DNA of 64,000 nucleotides from assembly GCF_963921235.1 (NCBI RefSeq), contig NC_086097.1, positions 214,398,001 through 214,462,000 of the forward strand. The letters run 5' to 3'. Under the pieces are notes generated by a model, which was not told the origin of the DNA, made no database searches, and was given only the letters and a program-made list of their open reading frames with translations. Each line of letters starts with the position of its first letter. Within the stretch, counting starts at the first letter, position 1. This stretch comes from Mobula hypostoma (lineage: Eukaryota). Below, one piece after another: positions 25,195 through 37,200 of the stretch. A program made the translations under genes and the position numbers.

Positions 25195-25475
25195 GGGACA
25201 TCACAGTGGCATAGCGGTCACCGCAACGCTATTGCATCTTGGGTTACTCTGGAGTTTAGAGTTCAATTATGTTCCCTGTGAATCACGTGGGTTTCCTCTG
25301 GGTGCTCCAGTTTCCTCCCACATTCCAAAGGCGTGCTGATTAGTAGGTTAGTTAATCGTTGTAAATTGTCCTATGGTTTGGCTACTGTTAAATAGGTGGG
25401 TTGCTGAGCAGTGTGCCTCATTGTGCCAGAAGGGACTGTTCAATGCTGTATTTCTAAATAAATAAAAATAAATAT
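25195..25475 (+). mobile_element. V-type SINE with CR1-like tail
   Basis: gtgggtttcctctgggtgctccagtttcctcccacattccaaag; tail gaagggactgttcaatgctgtatttctaaataaa. Confidence 0.75.
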
Positions 25476-28400
25476 TGTGCTCTCTAATTTTTTTGAACAC
25501 AGTATAACACTTAGCTTCCCTGTGTTTGTTTCACCCACCCATGTTCTAACCTATCTTGAATCACATTGTAGGAGAAAATGATTTCTAAGAACAATTTCAA
25601 GCAAATTGCAGAACAATAATATGTAGATATACCTACTGCAGGGTCCTGGCTAATATCAGAGACTGTCTTATTTTCTCATCCATGTGTCTGTTCTGAAGTT
25701 GTGTCGTGGTCTGCAGATAAATACTCTTGTCTACATTCCAGCTGCCAGCACCTGTGATAATTGAATTCTGGTGGCCTTAGAATGGTTTTTCATTCTGGAG
25801 TCTTGAGGGTCACTCTTTTAAGAGTTTTTACGTGAGGCTTTCAGAATTAAAGACCATCAGATTTGATTACTCTCCTTTCCCCTGTGTCTGTAGTCCCATT
25901 GATTCAGCCAAGCTTTCCAATTTAAATTGGTGCTGAGGCATAACTGCTCTGACCTGTGTAAATAACAATGGATTAAAGTAAATCTGTTGGATACTTTGTC
26001 CTCAGTGTGCAGCATAAACAAGTGGAAGGGAGAAGCTTCTTACGTTGAGTGACTGCAGTTTTACCGATAAATCCACAATCACAAATGCAAGAATTTCTTT
26101 GGTCTGGGTGTATAATTGCGGAGTAATCTCTGCATGATGTAGTTAATGCATTATTCATTTTAGCTTAATACTCTCTATTGACCCATCTTTTAGACTTTTC
26201 CTTTCTCTTATTCTGCCAAGAGGCATACTAATTAACTGCATTCATAATCAGGACATAAAAAACACATTGATGAAATTTATTGCATGGAATTCTGTCAACA
26301 CCCCTCGAATATAAATGAATAAACTGTTTTCCTTCCATTCAATTTCTGAGCAATCTACCTGTTTTATCTCTTGCCAGATTTATTGAAATGCAGCGCTCTC
26401 TAATAGAAGTGAGGTCACTGGCATTGCCCTGGGCTCAAAGATTATTAATTACAGGAACCCATTCAGAATCTATATGTATGGAGAAGCAAACACTAATGGT
26501 AAAAAGTTCCTTCCAGGACAGCCTACGGGGCAACATTGCAGAAAGAAGCTGTTTGCCTGGGCAGGACAGTGATATAGACATCTGGGATTCAAGTGGAAGT
26601 TGTTTGAGGCACCCGAGTATTATCTGAATTCCCTTTTCTAACTGCACTCAAAACAACCATGTGCATTGCACATCGTGAGCCAACCTTTCATTCTGCAATT
26701 CTAAGTGCTATACTTTCAGAGTACTTTCAGGACCTGTGATCATTGGTGACAAGAGTGGTGGTGATTGACATGGTGAAGGGAGGAAGTTCACCTACCTTTG
26801 GAAATATTGTTGAATTACTTGCAGCACTGTGCCCAGCTCCTTCTCTATATCTCCAATCAGACTACTTGGCTTTCTCACAGTTCCATCTCGGAATTTGGAT
26901 CAGCTTTTTCCTCTTTCCATTACCATAATGGGCATACCTCGCAGATCTGCAGTTGGCAACATGTAACTGGGACAATATCTGGACCTGAAATATTGACTCT
27001 GCTTCTTTTTCCACAGATGTTGCTTGAGCTTCTGAGTGGCTCCAGCACTTTCTGTTTTTATTTCTCTTAGAACTTATTGAAATGGCATTTCCCTCTGGCT
27101 CTCACTGCAGTGAGCATTGTCTCAAGTGTCAACTTTACCCTTCAGCCAGTATGTGCAGTGGAAGCACAAAATAGAATATAGAAGTCAATGCAGAGTTGAC
27201 CTTCGGTGAATCTCAACTTCCTATAAGAAATGCATTCACCCTTCACATTGTAGAATGGGTCCAGATGGAAACTACGTGTTGTAGGTGGGCTGATATCACA
27301 TGCAGAGTAAGTGCGAATGAAACCTGGCTTGCTGACTCAACCAGCCATTACAGGCTTTCATGTTTCTCACCGCAAATTAAAATTGATAATGGTGGCTGCC
27401 TTTCCTTCATAGAAGTAATGAGTCATTTCATTGTTCATGGGCAGTATTCCATTTTTCATTAAGCTGTCATTTGAATTTAACCACCAATTAATGTTTATAA
27501 CTCCCAGTTTTGTAGGTTTAAATGATAATTCCAAATGCAGAATGTTGGGATTACTGTTGATTTGGAAAACATTGAGGAAAAATAATGTTCTTACTTAGGG
27601 CTCTTTTTATATCCATCAGCCCTGTCTGTACATTCAAGCAACAAGGCCAAAGTTTCATTCTCATATTTCCTTTCAACCATTGACAGCCTGATAGCATATC
27701 TGGGAAATCAAAAGTTTAGTATCAAATTGTTTTACACTTTGCAGCAATAATCGGATTCAAGAACCTACTCTCCAGTAAAGTTGGGAGAGGTGTCAGGTAG
27801 AGATCCCTATTGGAAAACCATTGGAGCAAAATGGAACAAGGAGAGTGGCTAGGAAATTGCAGAAAGAATCAAACCAATAGTCCTTTTATTTAAAAAATAG
27901 GCTTTCTGTATTTAAATATTTAATACTACATCTGGATTTGAACAGGTGATAAATATTTCTGATTGATTTAACGTCAACTTTCTGCGGTAAAAGCAGCTCA
28001 GTGGAACTTCTGAGTTCCACCAGTGTTGTGCATGAAGATTCAGCAATTGATATCCTCTACATTTACAGAGTACCAGAGAGGATATTGAGAATGCTAGAAT
28101 TGTGAAATTCCTGTAACACAATGTGTGAGCTTCAGTGACATACTGCAGGATAAGCTCAGATCAACAAAAGGAAGATGTGTCAATGTACAGCAACACTGTG
28201 AAGAAATAGTCTAACGATTGTAAAACTTCAAACTTGTATTTAAAGGCTTTCCTATTTATGTTGAATCAACATTGTACTTACCTATATACTACTAAAACTC
28301 TCATGCTCTGTCTGTCTGTTTGTGACCTCCAATTAGCGCAAATGGTGCAGCACTTTTTTTGGCTAAATCGAATTAAAATGCGCTAACTTACAGAATGCAG

Positions 28401-29352
28401 GCAAAGTTCAGGGTTATAAGTTAGACAACCTCTCCTCCTCCACTCTCACCCTGAACACCGGCATGCCTCAAGGCTGTGAGCTGAGCCCTCTTCTGTACTC
28501 CCTTTTCACCTGTGAGTGCGTTCCTGTACATGGTTCTAACTCCATAATCAAGTTCGCAGATGACACCACGGTGGTTGGTCTGATCAGAGGGGATGACGAG
28601 ACGGTCTACAGGGACGAGGTGCAGCACCTGGCCGCGTGGTGTGCCGACAACAACCTGGCCCTTAACACCCAGAAGACCAAGGAGATCATTGTGGACTTCA
28701 GGCATGCTAGGAGCCACGCTCACGTCCCCATCTACATCAACGGAGCTGTACTGGAGCGTGTATCAAGCTTCAAATTCCTTGGTGTCCACATTTCCGAGGA
28801 TCTCACCTGGTCCCTGAACTCCTCCATCCTGATCAAAAAGGCGCAACAGTGCCTTTATTTCCTGCGGAGCATCAAGAAAGCTCACCTCTGTCCCAGGATA
28901 CTGACGGACTTTTACCGCTGTACCATTGAGGACATACTCACCAACTACATCTCAGTGTGGTATGGCAATTGTCCCGTATCGGACCGCAAAGCACTCCAAC
29001 GTGTGGTGAAAACTGCCCAGCAGATTATCGGCACCCAATTGCCCACCATTGAGAACATCCACCATAAACCCTGCCTGGGCAGGGCGAAAGCATTATCATG
29101 GATGCATCTCACCCATCTCATCTCATGGACTTTTTACTCTTCTCCCATCCTGTAGGCGCTACAGGAGCCTCCGCTCCCGCACCAGCAGGCACAGGAAGAG
29201 CTTCTTCCCTGAGGCTGTGACACTGCTGAACCTCTCATAGAACATAAAACATAGAATAGTACAGCACATTACAGGTCCTTCGGCCCACAATGTTGTGCCG
29301 ACCCTCAAACCCTGCCTCCCATATAACCCCCCACCTTAAATTCCTCCATATA

Positions 29353-30415
29353 GTCATAGTCATAATTTATTGATCCCGGGGGAAATTGGTTTTCGTTACA
29401 GTTGCACCATAAATAATAAATAGTAATAGAACCATAAATAGTTAAATAGTAATATGTAAATTATGCCAGTAAATTATGAAATAAGTCCAGGACCAGCCTA
29501 TTGGCTCAGGGTGTCTGACCCTCCAAGGGAGGAGTTGTAAAGTTTGATGGCCACAGGCAGGAATGACTTCCTATGACGCTCTGTGCTGCATCTCGGTGGA
29601 ATGAGTCTCTGGCTGAATGTACTCCTGTGCCCACCCAGTACATTATGTAGTGGATGGGAGACATTGACCAAGATGGCATGCAACTTAGACAGCATCCTCT
29701 TTTCAGACACCACCGTGAGAGAGTCCAGTTCCATCCCCACAACATCACTGGCCTTACGGATGAGTTTGTTGATTCTCTTGGTGTCTGCTACCCTCAGCCT
29801 GCTGCCCCAGCACACAACAGCAAACATGATAGCACTGGTCACCACAGATTCGTAGAATATCCTCAGCATTGTTCGGCAGATGTTAAAGAACCTCAGTCTC
29901 CTCAGGAAATAGAGGCGGTCCTGACCCTTCTTGTAGACAGCCTCAGTGTTCTTTGACCAGTCTAGTTTATTGTCAATTTGCATCCCCAGGTATTTGTAAT
30001 CCTCCACCATGTCCACAGTGACCCCCTGGATGGAAACAGGGGTCACCGGTACCTTAGCTCTCATCAGGTCTACCACCAGCTCCTTAGTCTTTTCCACATT
30101 AAGCTGCAGATAATTCTGCTCACACCATGTGACAAAATTTCCTACCGTAGCCCTGTACTCAGCCTCATCTCCCTTGCTGATGCATCCAACTATGGCAGAG
30201 TCATCCAAAAACTTCTGAAGATGACAAAACTCTGTGCAGTAGTTGAAGTCCGAGGTGTAAATGGTGAAGAGAAAGGGAGACAAGACAGTCCCCTGTGGAG
30301 CCCCAGTGCTGCTGATCACTCTGTCGGACACACAGTGTTGCAAGCACACGTACTGTGGTCTGCCAGTCAAGTAATCAAGAATCCATGATACCAGGGAAGC
30401 ATCCAGCTGCATCAT
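29353..30415 (-). mobile_element. Young Rex1/Babar LINE 3' fragment
   Basis: 305-aa open RT frame 29498-30415 (GAPQGTVLSP, KFLDD); (TATGAC)n tail. Confidence 0.93.
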
Positions 30416-31079
30416 TACATCGCGACTCTTAAACTCTATCCCTCAACTTATGAAAGCTAACACCTCATAAGCTTTCTTAACTACCCTATCTACCTGTGAG
30501 GCAACTTTCAAGGATCTGTGGACATGTACACCCAGGTCCCTCTGCTCCTCCACACTACCAAGTATCCTGCCATTTACTTTGTACTCTGCCTTGGAGTTTG
30601 TCCTTCCAAAGTGTACCACCTCACACTTCTCTGTGTTAAACTCCATCTGCCACTTCTCAGCCCACTTCTGCATCCTATCAATGTCTCTTTGCAATCTTCG
30701 ACAATCCTCTACACTATCTACAACACCACCAACCTTTGTGTCGTCTGCAAACTTGCCAACCCACCCTTCTACCCTCACATCCAGGTCATTAATAAAAATC
30801 ACGAAGAGTAGAGGTCCTAGAACAGATCCTTGTGGGACACCACTGGTCACAATCCTCCAATCTGAAAGTACTCCCTCCACCACCACCCTCTGCCTTCTGC
30901 AGGCAAGCCAATTCTGAATCCACCTGGCCAAACTTCCCTGGATCCCATGCCTTCTGACTTTCTGAATAAGCCAACCATGTGGAACCTTGTCAAATGCCTT
31001 ACTAAAATCCATATAGATCACATCCACTGCACTACCCTCATTTATATGCCTGGTCACCTCCTGCAAGAATTCTATCAGG

Positions 31080-31405
31080 AGCTTGAAGACTCGTACGGCC
31101 AGATTTGGGAACAGCTTCTTTCCGACTGTGATAGGACTGCTGAACGGATCCTGACCTGGATCTGGGCCGTACCCTCCAAATATCTGGACCTGCCTCTCGG
31201 TTTTTTTGCACTACCTTACTTCCCATTTTTCTATTTTCTATTTATGATTTATAATTTAAATTTTTGATATTTACTAATTTTAACTATTTTTAATTTTTTA
31301 AATATTTAATATTTGTAATCCAGGGAGTGGGAAGCGCAGGATCAAATATTGCTATGATGATTGTACGTTCTAGTACCAATTGTTTGGTGACAATGAAGTA
31401 TAAAG
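31080..31405 (+). mobile_element. Rex1-type 3' end insertion
   Basis: SLKTRTARFGNSFFPTVIGLLN followed by an AT-rich UTR; 7-bp TSD tatcagg (31073-31079 / 31406-31412). Confidence 0.82.
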
Positions 31406-32812
31406 TATCAGGCTTGTTAGACACGATCTGCCCTTCATAGAGCCATGCTGACTGTCCCTGATCAGACCATGATTCTCTAAATGCCCCTACATCGTATCTC
31501 TAAGAATCTTTTCCAACAGCTTTCCCACCACAGACATAAGGCTCACTGGTCTATAATTACCTGGACTATCCCTACTACCTTTTTTGAACAAGGGGACAAC
31601 ATTCGCCTCCCTCCAATCCTCCGGTACCATTCCTGTGGACAACGAGGACATAAAGATCCTAGCCAGAGGCTCAGCACTCTCTTCCCTCGCCTCGTGGAGC
31701 AGCCTGGGGAATATTCCATCAGGCCCCAGGGACTTATCCGTCCTAATGTATTTTAACAGCTCCAACATCTCCTCTCCCTTAATATCAGCATGCTCCAGAA
31801 CATCAACCTCACTCATATTGTCCTCTCCGTCATCAAGTTCCCTCTCATTGGTGAATACCGAAGAGAAGTATTCATTGAGGACCTCGCATCACAGCGCTAA
31901 GCAGTATTGCATCCGTATTGTACTGTCTCAGTATATTTGTGTGCTGTAGCACTTTTTTTATTTGCAGTTATTTTGTAAATAACACTATTCTTTGTATTTC
32001 TGGTCAGATGCTAAATGCATTTCATTGGCTTTGTATCTGTACTCGGCACAATGACAATAAAGTTGAATCTAATCTAATCTAATATATTCATATAAAATTG
32101 CTCATTCGCCAAAAATTAACAGGCTGGCTTTCACCCGAGACCCGATTGGCCATCATGGAAATCGGGACACGACAGCCCGACGCATGCGCACGGCCAGTCT
32201 CAGCAGCGAACCCTATCGGAGCAAAAGGGCAGGGCAGCTCTATTTCGAGGGGTCACATTCTGCTAATCACCATCAGCATGTGCAAGATTGGGACAGATCT
32301 ACTTGCCGCCCATCAATAAGAGATAAGTAAATCTTACTGTAAAGATGTACTCCGAGACACCCATAAAACCCTTTGCTGTAGTCAAAGGACAGCGGTGACT
32401 ATATCACATCCATTTATGAGAGCGCCAACCACATCATCAAGAGCAGTCAGCATCCTTTGGTGTTAGTGCTTCGTATCTTCTATCCAGCATTAGGGTAAAT
32501 AATGGTCAGCCTAATTATGCCGCGTGGAAAGGGAAGGGGGACATTATGGTCAAGAGATGACGCCAAACGTCGTCGGGAAGCGGCAAGGAGAGGGAGAGAA
32601 CAAGAATCAGATGAGGCCAGGGCCGCACGACTCCAGGATCAAAGAGTCAGGACAAAAACAGATGAGAGGAAAAGAGACATAGGAGGAGAGGCATGCATGT
32701 CTCTAGGATCAGAGACAAACAACAAACAGCAGAAGAGATGAAGAGATGGGGGATGAAAGGGCTGCATGTCTCCAGAATGACAACGAGAGGCACAAGGGTG
32801 GCAGAGCAACAT

Positions 32813-33075
32813 TCACAACACGCTGGGGGAACTCAGCAGGTCAGGCAGCAGCTGTGGAAATGATCAGTCAACGTTTCGGGCTGGAACCCTTCGTCAGGAC
32901 TGAAGAGGGAGGAGGCAGAGGCCCTATAAAGAAGGTGGGGGGAGGGTGGGAAGGAGAAGGCTGGGAGGTTCCAGGTGAAAAACCAGTAAGGGGAAAGATA
33001 AAGGGGTGGGGGAGGGGAAGTAGGGAGGTGATAGGCAGGAAAGGTGAAGAAGGAATAGGGGAAGCACAATGAGTA
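32813..33075 (-). mobile_element. Penelope pLTR fragment (second subfamily)
   Basis: gaactcagcaggtcaggcagca...cccttcgtcaggactg followed by a purine-rich pLTR body like 42300-42590. Confidence 0.85.
32865..32902 (-). ncRNA. Minimal type-I hammerhead ribozyme motif, intact core
   Basis: Minus strand: cagtc CTGACGA A gggt tcca gccc GAAAC GTT gactg; 5-bp Watson-Crick helix I, 4-bp helix II. Confidence 0.78.
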
Positions 33076-33243
33076 GTCATAGTGATCGGACTGGGTGAGT
33101 GTAGCAGGTTTTCTTTTGTAAGGATTTGTAATGAACAGAAGAACTTTATGACAACTCAGTGCTTTATGATCACCATTACTGAAACCAACATTTTAAAGAT
33201 AAAATTAGTTTATTTAATTCATGGAATTTAAATTCTTCAGCTT

Positions 33244-33805
33244 CTGTGAGGCCGAATTTAGAGTATTGTGTGCAGTTTTGGTCACCAAGTTACAGGAAGG
33301 ATATTAGTAAGGTTGAAAGAGTGCAGAGAAGGTTTACAAGAATGTTGCCAGGACTTGAGAAAGTAAGTTACAGAGAAAGGTTGAATAGGTTAGGACTTTA
33401 TTCCCTGGAGCTTAGAAGAATGAGGGGAGATTTGATAGAGGTATATAATATTATGATGAGTATAGACAGAGTGAATGCAAGCAGGCTTTTTCCACTGAGG
33501 CAAGGGGAGAAAAAAACCAGAGGACATGGGTTAAGGGTGAGGGGGGGGAAAGTTTAAAGGGGACATTAGGGGGGGGCTTCTTCACACAGAGAGTGGTGGG
33601 AGTGTGGAATGAGCTGCCAGATGAAGTGGTAAACGTGGGCTCACTTTTAACACTTAAGAAAAACTTGGACAGGTACATGAATGAAGGGAGTATGGAGGGA
33701 TATGGTCCAGGTGCGGGTCAGTGGGACTAGGCAGAAAAATGGTTCAGCACAGCCAAGAAGGGCCAAAAGGCCTGTTTCTGTGCTATAATGTTCTATAATT
33801 CTATG
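33244..33805 (+). mobile_element. CR1 LINE 3' fragment
   Basis: ORF 33246-33557 RPNLEYCVQFWSP; tail ggcctgtttctgtgctataatgttctat. Confidence 0.9.
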
Positions 33806-34434
33806 TCTTTGGATAGTGCAAGCCTCAGGGCCAATAACCCACTCTTCCCTCCTTGCAAGTTAGGGAGTGAATAGATGAACTTTCCTTTTGAAAAGCCACA
33901 ATGCAGGCAAGGGATTACACATAAAAATATTTTAAAAAGGAACATCATTGATACTTTGCAACTTACTCACAACTTGTCAGTCAAACTAATTAACTATGAA
34001 GATAAATCCAGTTAAAATCAAAGTCTGTCTCAGATAATCAATGAAATAGATTTTACTGTAGCCTTTAGTGAATTCTTTATACAGTTACCAATTTAGTTGA
34101 CATTTAAATCTCTAAAATGCAGGACCCGTGTTCAAATATAATTGCACCCTTGATCTCATTTATACTGTACGATTTTGAAGTTTAAAAATGCACCAGTTTA
34201 TAGAAATTAAAACAATCTTCGTATTTGCACTGCAGCTTGGTGGTGCCTCTGCTTCAGTGACAGAATTTGAAAATAAAAATGTTGGTGTTTTGCATTTATG
34301 AGAGTAAATTGAAAGATGGCTTAACCTTTCATAGAAAATGAACCGTTCAGAAAACACATGGGATTTTGAATTGTGGTATCTGCCTAAGTTTTCAGATATA
34401 CTATTGTTCAAGGATTCTTTTAACATGTATTCCC

Positions 34435-37200
34435 ATTTAGATATATTGTTTAATGTCATTTCCTGTACACAAATGTAAGGACAACAAAATAATTGTTACT
34501 GTGGATGTGATGCAGCTCAAGAAATAACACAAATATAAAGAACACATCCGTTAGTCTTGCGAGACCATGGATCTGTGCCTGGAAAGTCTTCACTCTCCAG
34601 GGCAAGGTTGTATGGAAGACCAGCAGTTGCCCATGCTGCAAATCTCCCCTCTCCACAACACCAATGTTGTCCAAGGGAAGGGCATTAGGACCCATACAGC
34701 TTGGCCAGTGTCGTCGCAGAGCAATGTGTGATTAAGTGCCTTGCTCAAAGACACAACACGTTCCCTCAGCTGGGGCTCGAACTCACGACCTTCAGGTAGC
34801 TAGTCCAATGCCTTAACCACTTGGCCACGTGCCCACAGAAACACAATAAATATAAATACATAAGATAGTTCATATACATACAGTAGATTGATTGTATGTC
34901 CATAAAGTGACTAATGGGAAATAATAAAATAGTGGTGGAGTTAATGGGTGGAGGTGTTGATCAGTCTTGCTTCTTGTGTTTGAGTCTGATGGTCCTGGCG
35001 TGGATGCTTCATAGCCTCCTCCCTAATGGGAGTGGGACAAACAGTTCATGAGCAGGGTGTGTGGGAGCATTCCTGATTTTACTGGCTTTTTTCCTGTATA
35101 AATGTCCTTTATGGTGGGTAGGCTGGTGCCAGTGATATGTTGGGCAGTTTTGACTACCCATTGTCAAGCCTTCCTGTCTGCCGCAGTGCGGTGTCCATAC
35201 CAAACAATGATGCAGTTTGTCAGGGTGCTCTCTACTGCACATCTGTAGGATGATGTGAGTATGGATGTGCGAAATCCAGCTTTCTTCAGCCTCCTTGGAA
35301 GGTAAAAGCATTGGTGAGCTTTCTTGACTGTGTAGGATGTGTTCTGGGATTATGTGAACTTTTGTGTGATGTGCACTCCCAGGAGTGGACATCACTGTGC
35401 AAACTCCCAGCAGTTTGAAACTGCTGACAGTTTCCACTGCTGTGCCTGTGATATAAAGAGTGTGTGAGTGGTGTGAGGTCCCCTTAAGCTGATAACCATC
35501 TCCTTTGTCATGTTGGCACTAAGGAAGAGGTTATTAGCCTGGCACCAGACCTCAGGCTCTTCCCCCTCCTCTCTGTAGGCTATCTCGTTGTTGTTGGTGA
35601 TGAGCCCCACCACTGTCGTGTCATTGGTAAACTTGACGATGTCATTACTCGGGTGTTTGGCTGTGTAGTCATGTATAAGCAGTGGGCTCAGTGCCCAGCC
35701 CTGGGGCGGGGGGAGACCTATATTGGGGATGATGGGGAGGGTGGAACAGTTGTGCTTCCAGACTATCTGAAGTCTGTTCATTAGGAAATCCAGCACCCAG
35801 TTGCGTATTTTGAACGAGCAGTAGGAACTTGTTCAGCAAGGTCTATCAGCAGTAGTGTTTGATGCCACACTGAAATCCAGAAGCAGCACTTTGACATGTG
35901 TCTTTGCTTTTAAGTGTATCAGGGCCAAATGTATGGCAGATACTACGGCATCTGCTGTACAGTAGTTCTGTCAGTAAGCATATTGGTGAGTGCCCAGTGT
36001 GGCAGGAATGGAGTTTTTGATATATGATATTACCAGCTGTTTAAAGCACTTCATGATGACTGGTGTCAGTGTCACTGGGCAGTAGTCGTGTAGTTCTGAA
36101 GTTGTAGATTTCTTTGGTACGGGGATGATGGTGGATGATTTGAAGTTTATGGGGACAGAAGCCTCAATGAATGAAGTGTTGAAGATGTCAGTGAGTTGCT
36201 GTGCACACTCCCTGAGTAGTTGGCCTCGGATGTTTTCTGGTCCAGCCCCTTGTGGGTGACTCTCAGCAGAGTCCTCACATTCGCTGCTGTTACAGACAGT
36301 GGCTGCTCACCCATGAGGGGGTGGCTTTTGTGGCTGGCATTGTGTTGCATGCTTTGAGGCGGGCACAAAAGTTTAGTCGACACGGTTTTTCCTTGTGTTG
36401 TCTGTCATCCCCTTGATAGCCAGCTACGTCTGCCAGGGATCGCTATCAGACAGATGTTCCTGACTTTTTTTGTGCAAGGGCAGACTCTACCCTCTTGATG
36501 CCTAATGTGAGGGTTCTCCTGGCTGCTTTGAGAGACGTTCTGGCAGTGTCCCGGGCTTTTAGTAGGGAGTGCAACTCTGCCTTCAGTCAAGGCTTCTGGT
36601 TGAGCTATGAGATGACTGCAAAGAAAAATTTATTCTCAGAGTACAACCCCAAGATTCTTTTCTATGCAGGCGTACTTAACAACTCTATAGAATGGTAACT
36701 GTAAGGGGATCAATGAAAGAGCACGAACATAGAAGTCAACAAACTGTGCAAATGGAAATATAAATAACGAGAGCATGAAATAACAAGATAAAGAGTCCGT
36801 AAAGATCATCAGTGTCATCTATGCAATTACTTATATAGCCAATGACAGATGAGGCATATTCCTCAGTCTGTGCATACTCTCTTTGTGGTAGCATCCTTGA
36901 ACATCTGCCTGTCGGTCCATTCAAAACAGTCTTGAAGTGCAGAGATTGCCTCATTAGGCCATACCATGAAAGTCCTCTTGCCTGGTTTCTTCAGCAGCGG
37001 TTGGTATGCTGAGGTTACCATTATGGAGATGTGGTCAAAGGGGCCAAGACGAGGATGTGGGAATATTGAATATTGTAACAGACCTTTCCCACTTGATACC
37101 TGGGTATTTATTGCCCCAGTCTCTCAATTTGTTCCTCTGTCATCAATCCTGTCAGCTTGTGGATGAAGATAAATTTCCATCTGCTCATTTCAAGTGAGAA
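34435..37200 (-). mobile_element. Decayed Rex1/Babar LINE with nested insertions
   Basis: PQGWALSPLL...VKFTNDTTVVG (ORF 35392-35796), HPAHELFVPLPLGRR; a SINE at 34545 and a second Rex tail at ~36600-36800 are inserted. Confidence 0.8.
34545..34834 (-). mobile_element. tRNA-derived CORE-like SINE with RTE-like tail
   Basis: Minus strand gggcacgtggccaagtggttaagg...gagttcgagccc, CORE-like gtctttgagcaaggcacttaatc, tail gatccatggtctcgcaagactaacggatg. Confidence 0.8.

Larger units (their letters stand above)
29239..31880 (-). mobile_element. CR1 LINE nested in Rex1, itself interrupted twice
   Basis: ORFs 30443-31066 (SGVPQGSVLGP, FADDTK) and 31487-31816; TSD acctctcat (29230-29238) / acctcgcat (31881-31889). 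Confidence 0.9.
28419..32081 (+). mobile_element. Rex1/Babar LINE (28419-29238 plus 31890-32081) split by CR1
   Basis: ORF 28463-29155 PQGCELSPLLYSL...IIKFADDTTVVG; C-terminus and (aatct)n tail resume after 31889. Confidence 0.9.
28281..32812 (+). mobile_element. Helitron 5' portion (28281-28418 plus 32082-32812) carrying nested LINEs
   Basis: A|cctatatactactaaaa start resembles the Helitron TC(T/A)-rich 5' end; ORFs 32502-32741 and 32746 onward have ESDEARAARLQDQ / DERAACLQND STPR-like repeats; no CTAG 3' end seen. Confidence 0.65.

Noticed and set aside
29498..30415. 305-aa ORF as a host or functional gene
   Set aside because: It is a 5'-truncated LINE RT fragment with a tandem-repeat tail and a near-identical second copy at 19541-20137.
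34765..34834. tRNA gene
   Set aside because: The tRNA-like sequence continues into a SINE body and tail; the same applies to the head at 17593.
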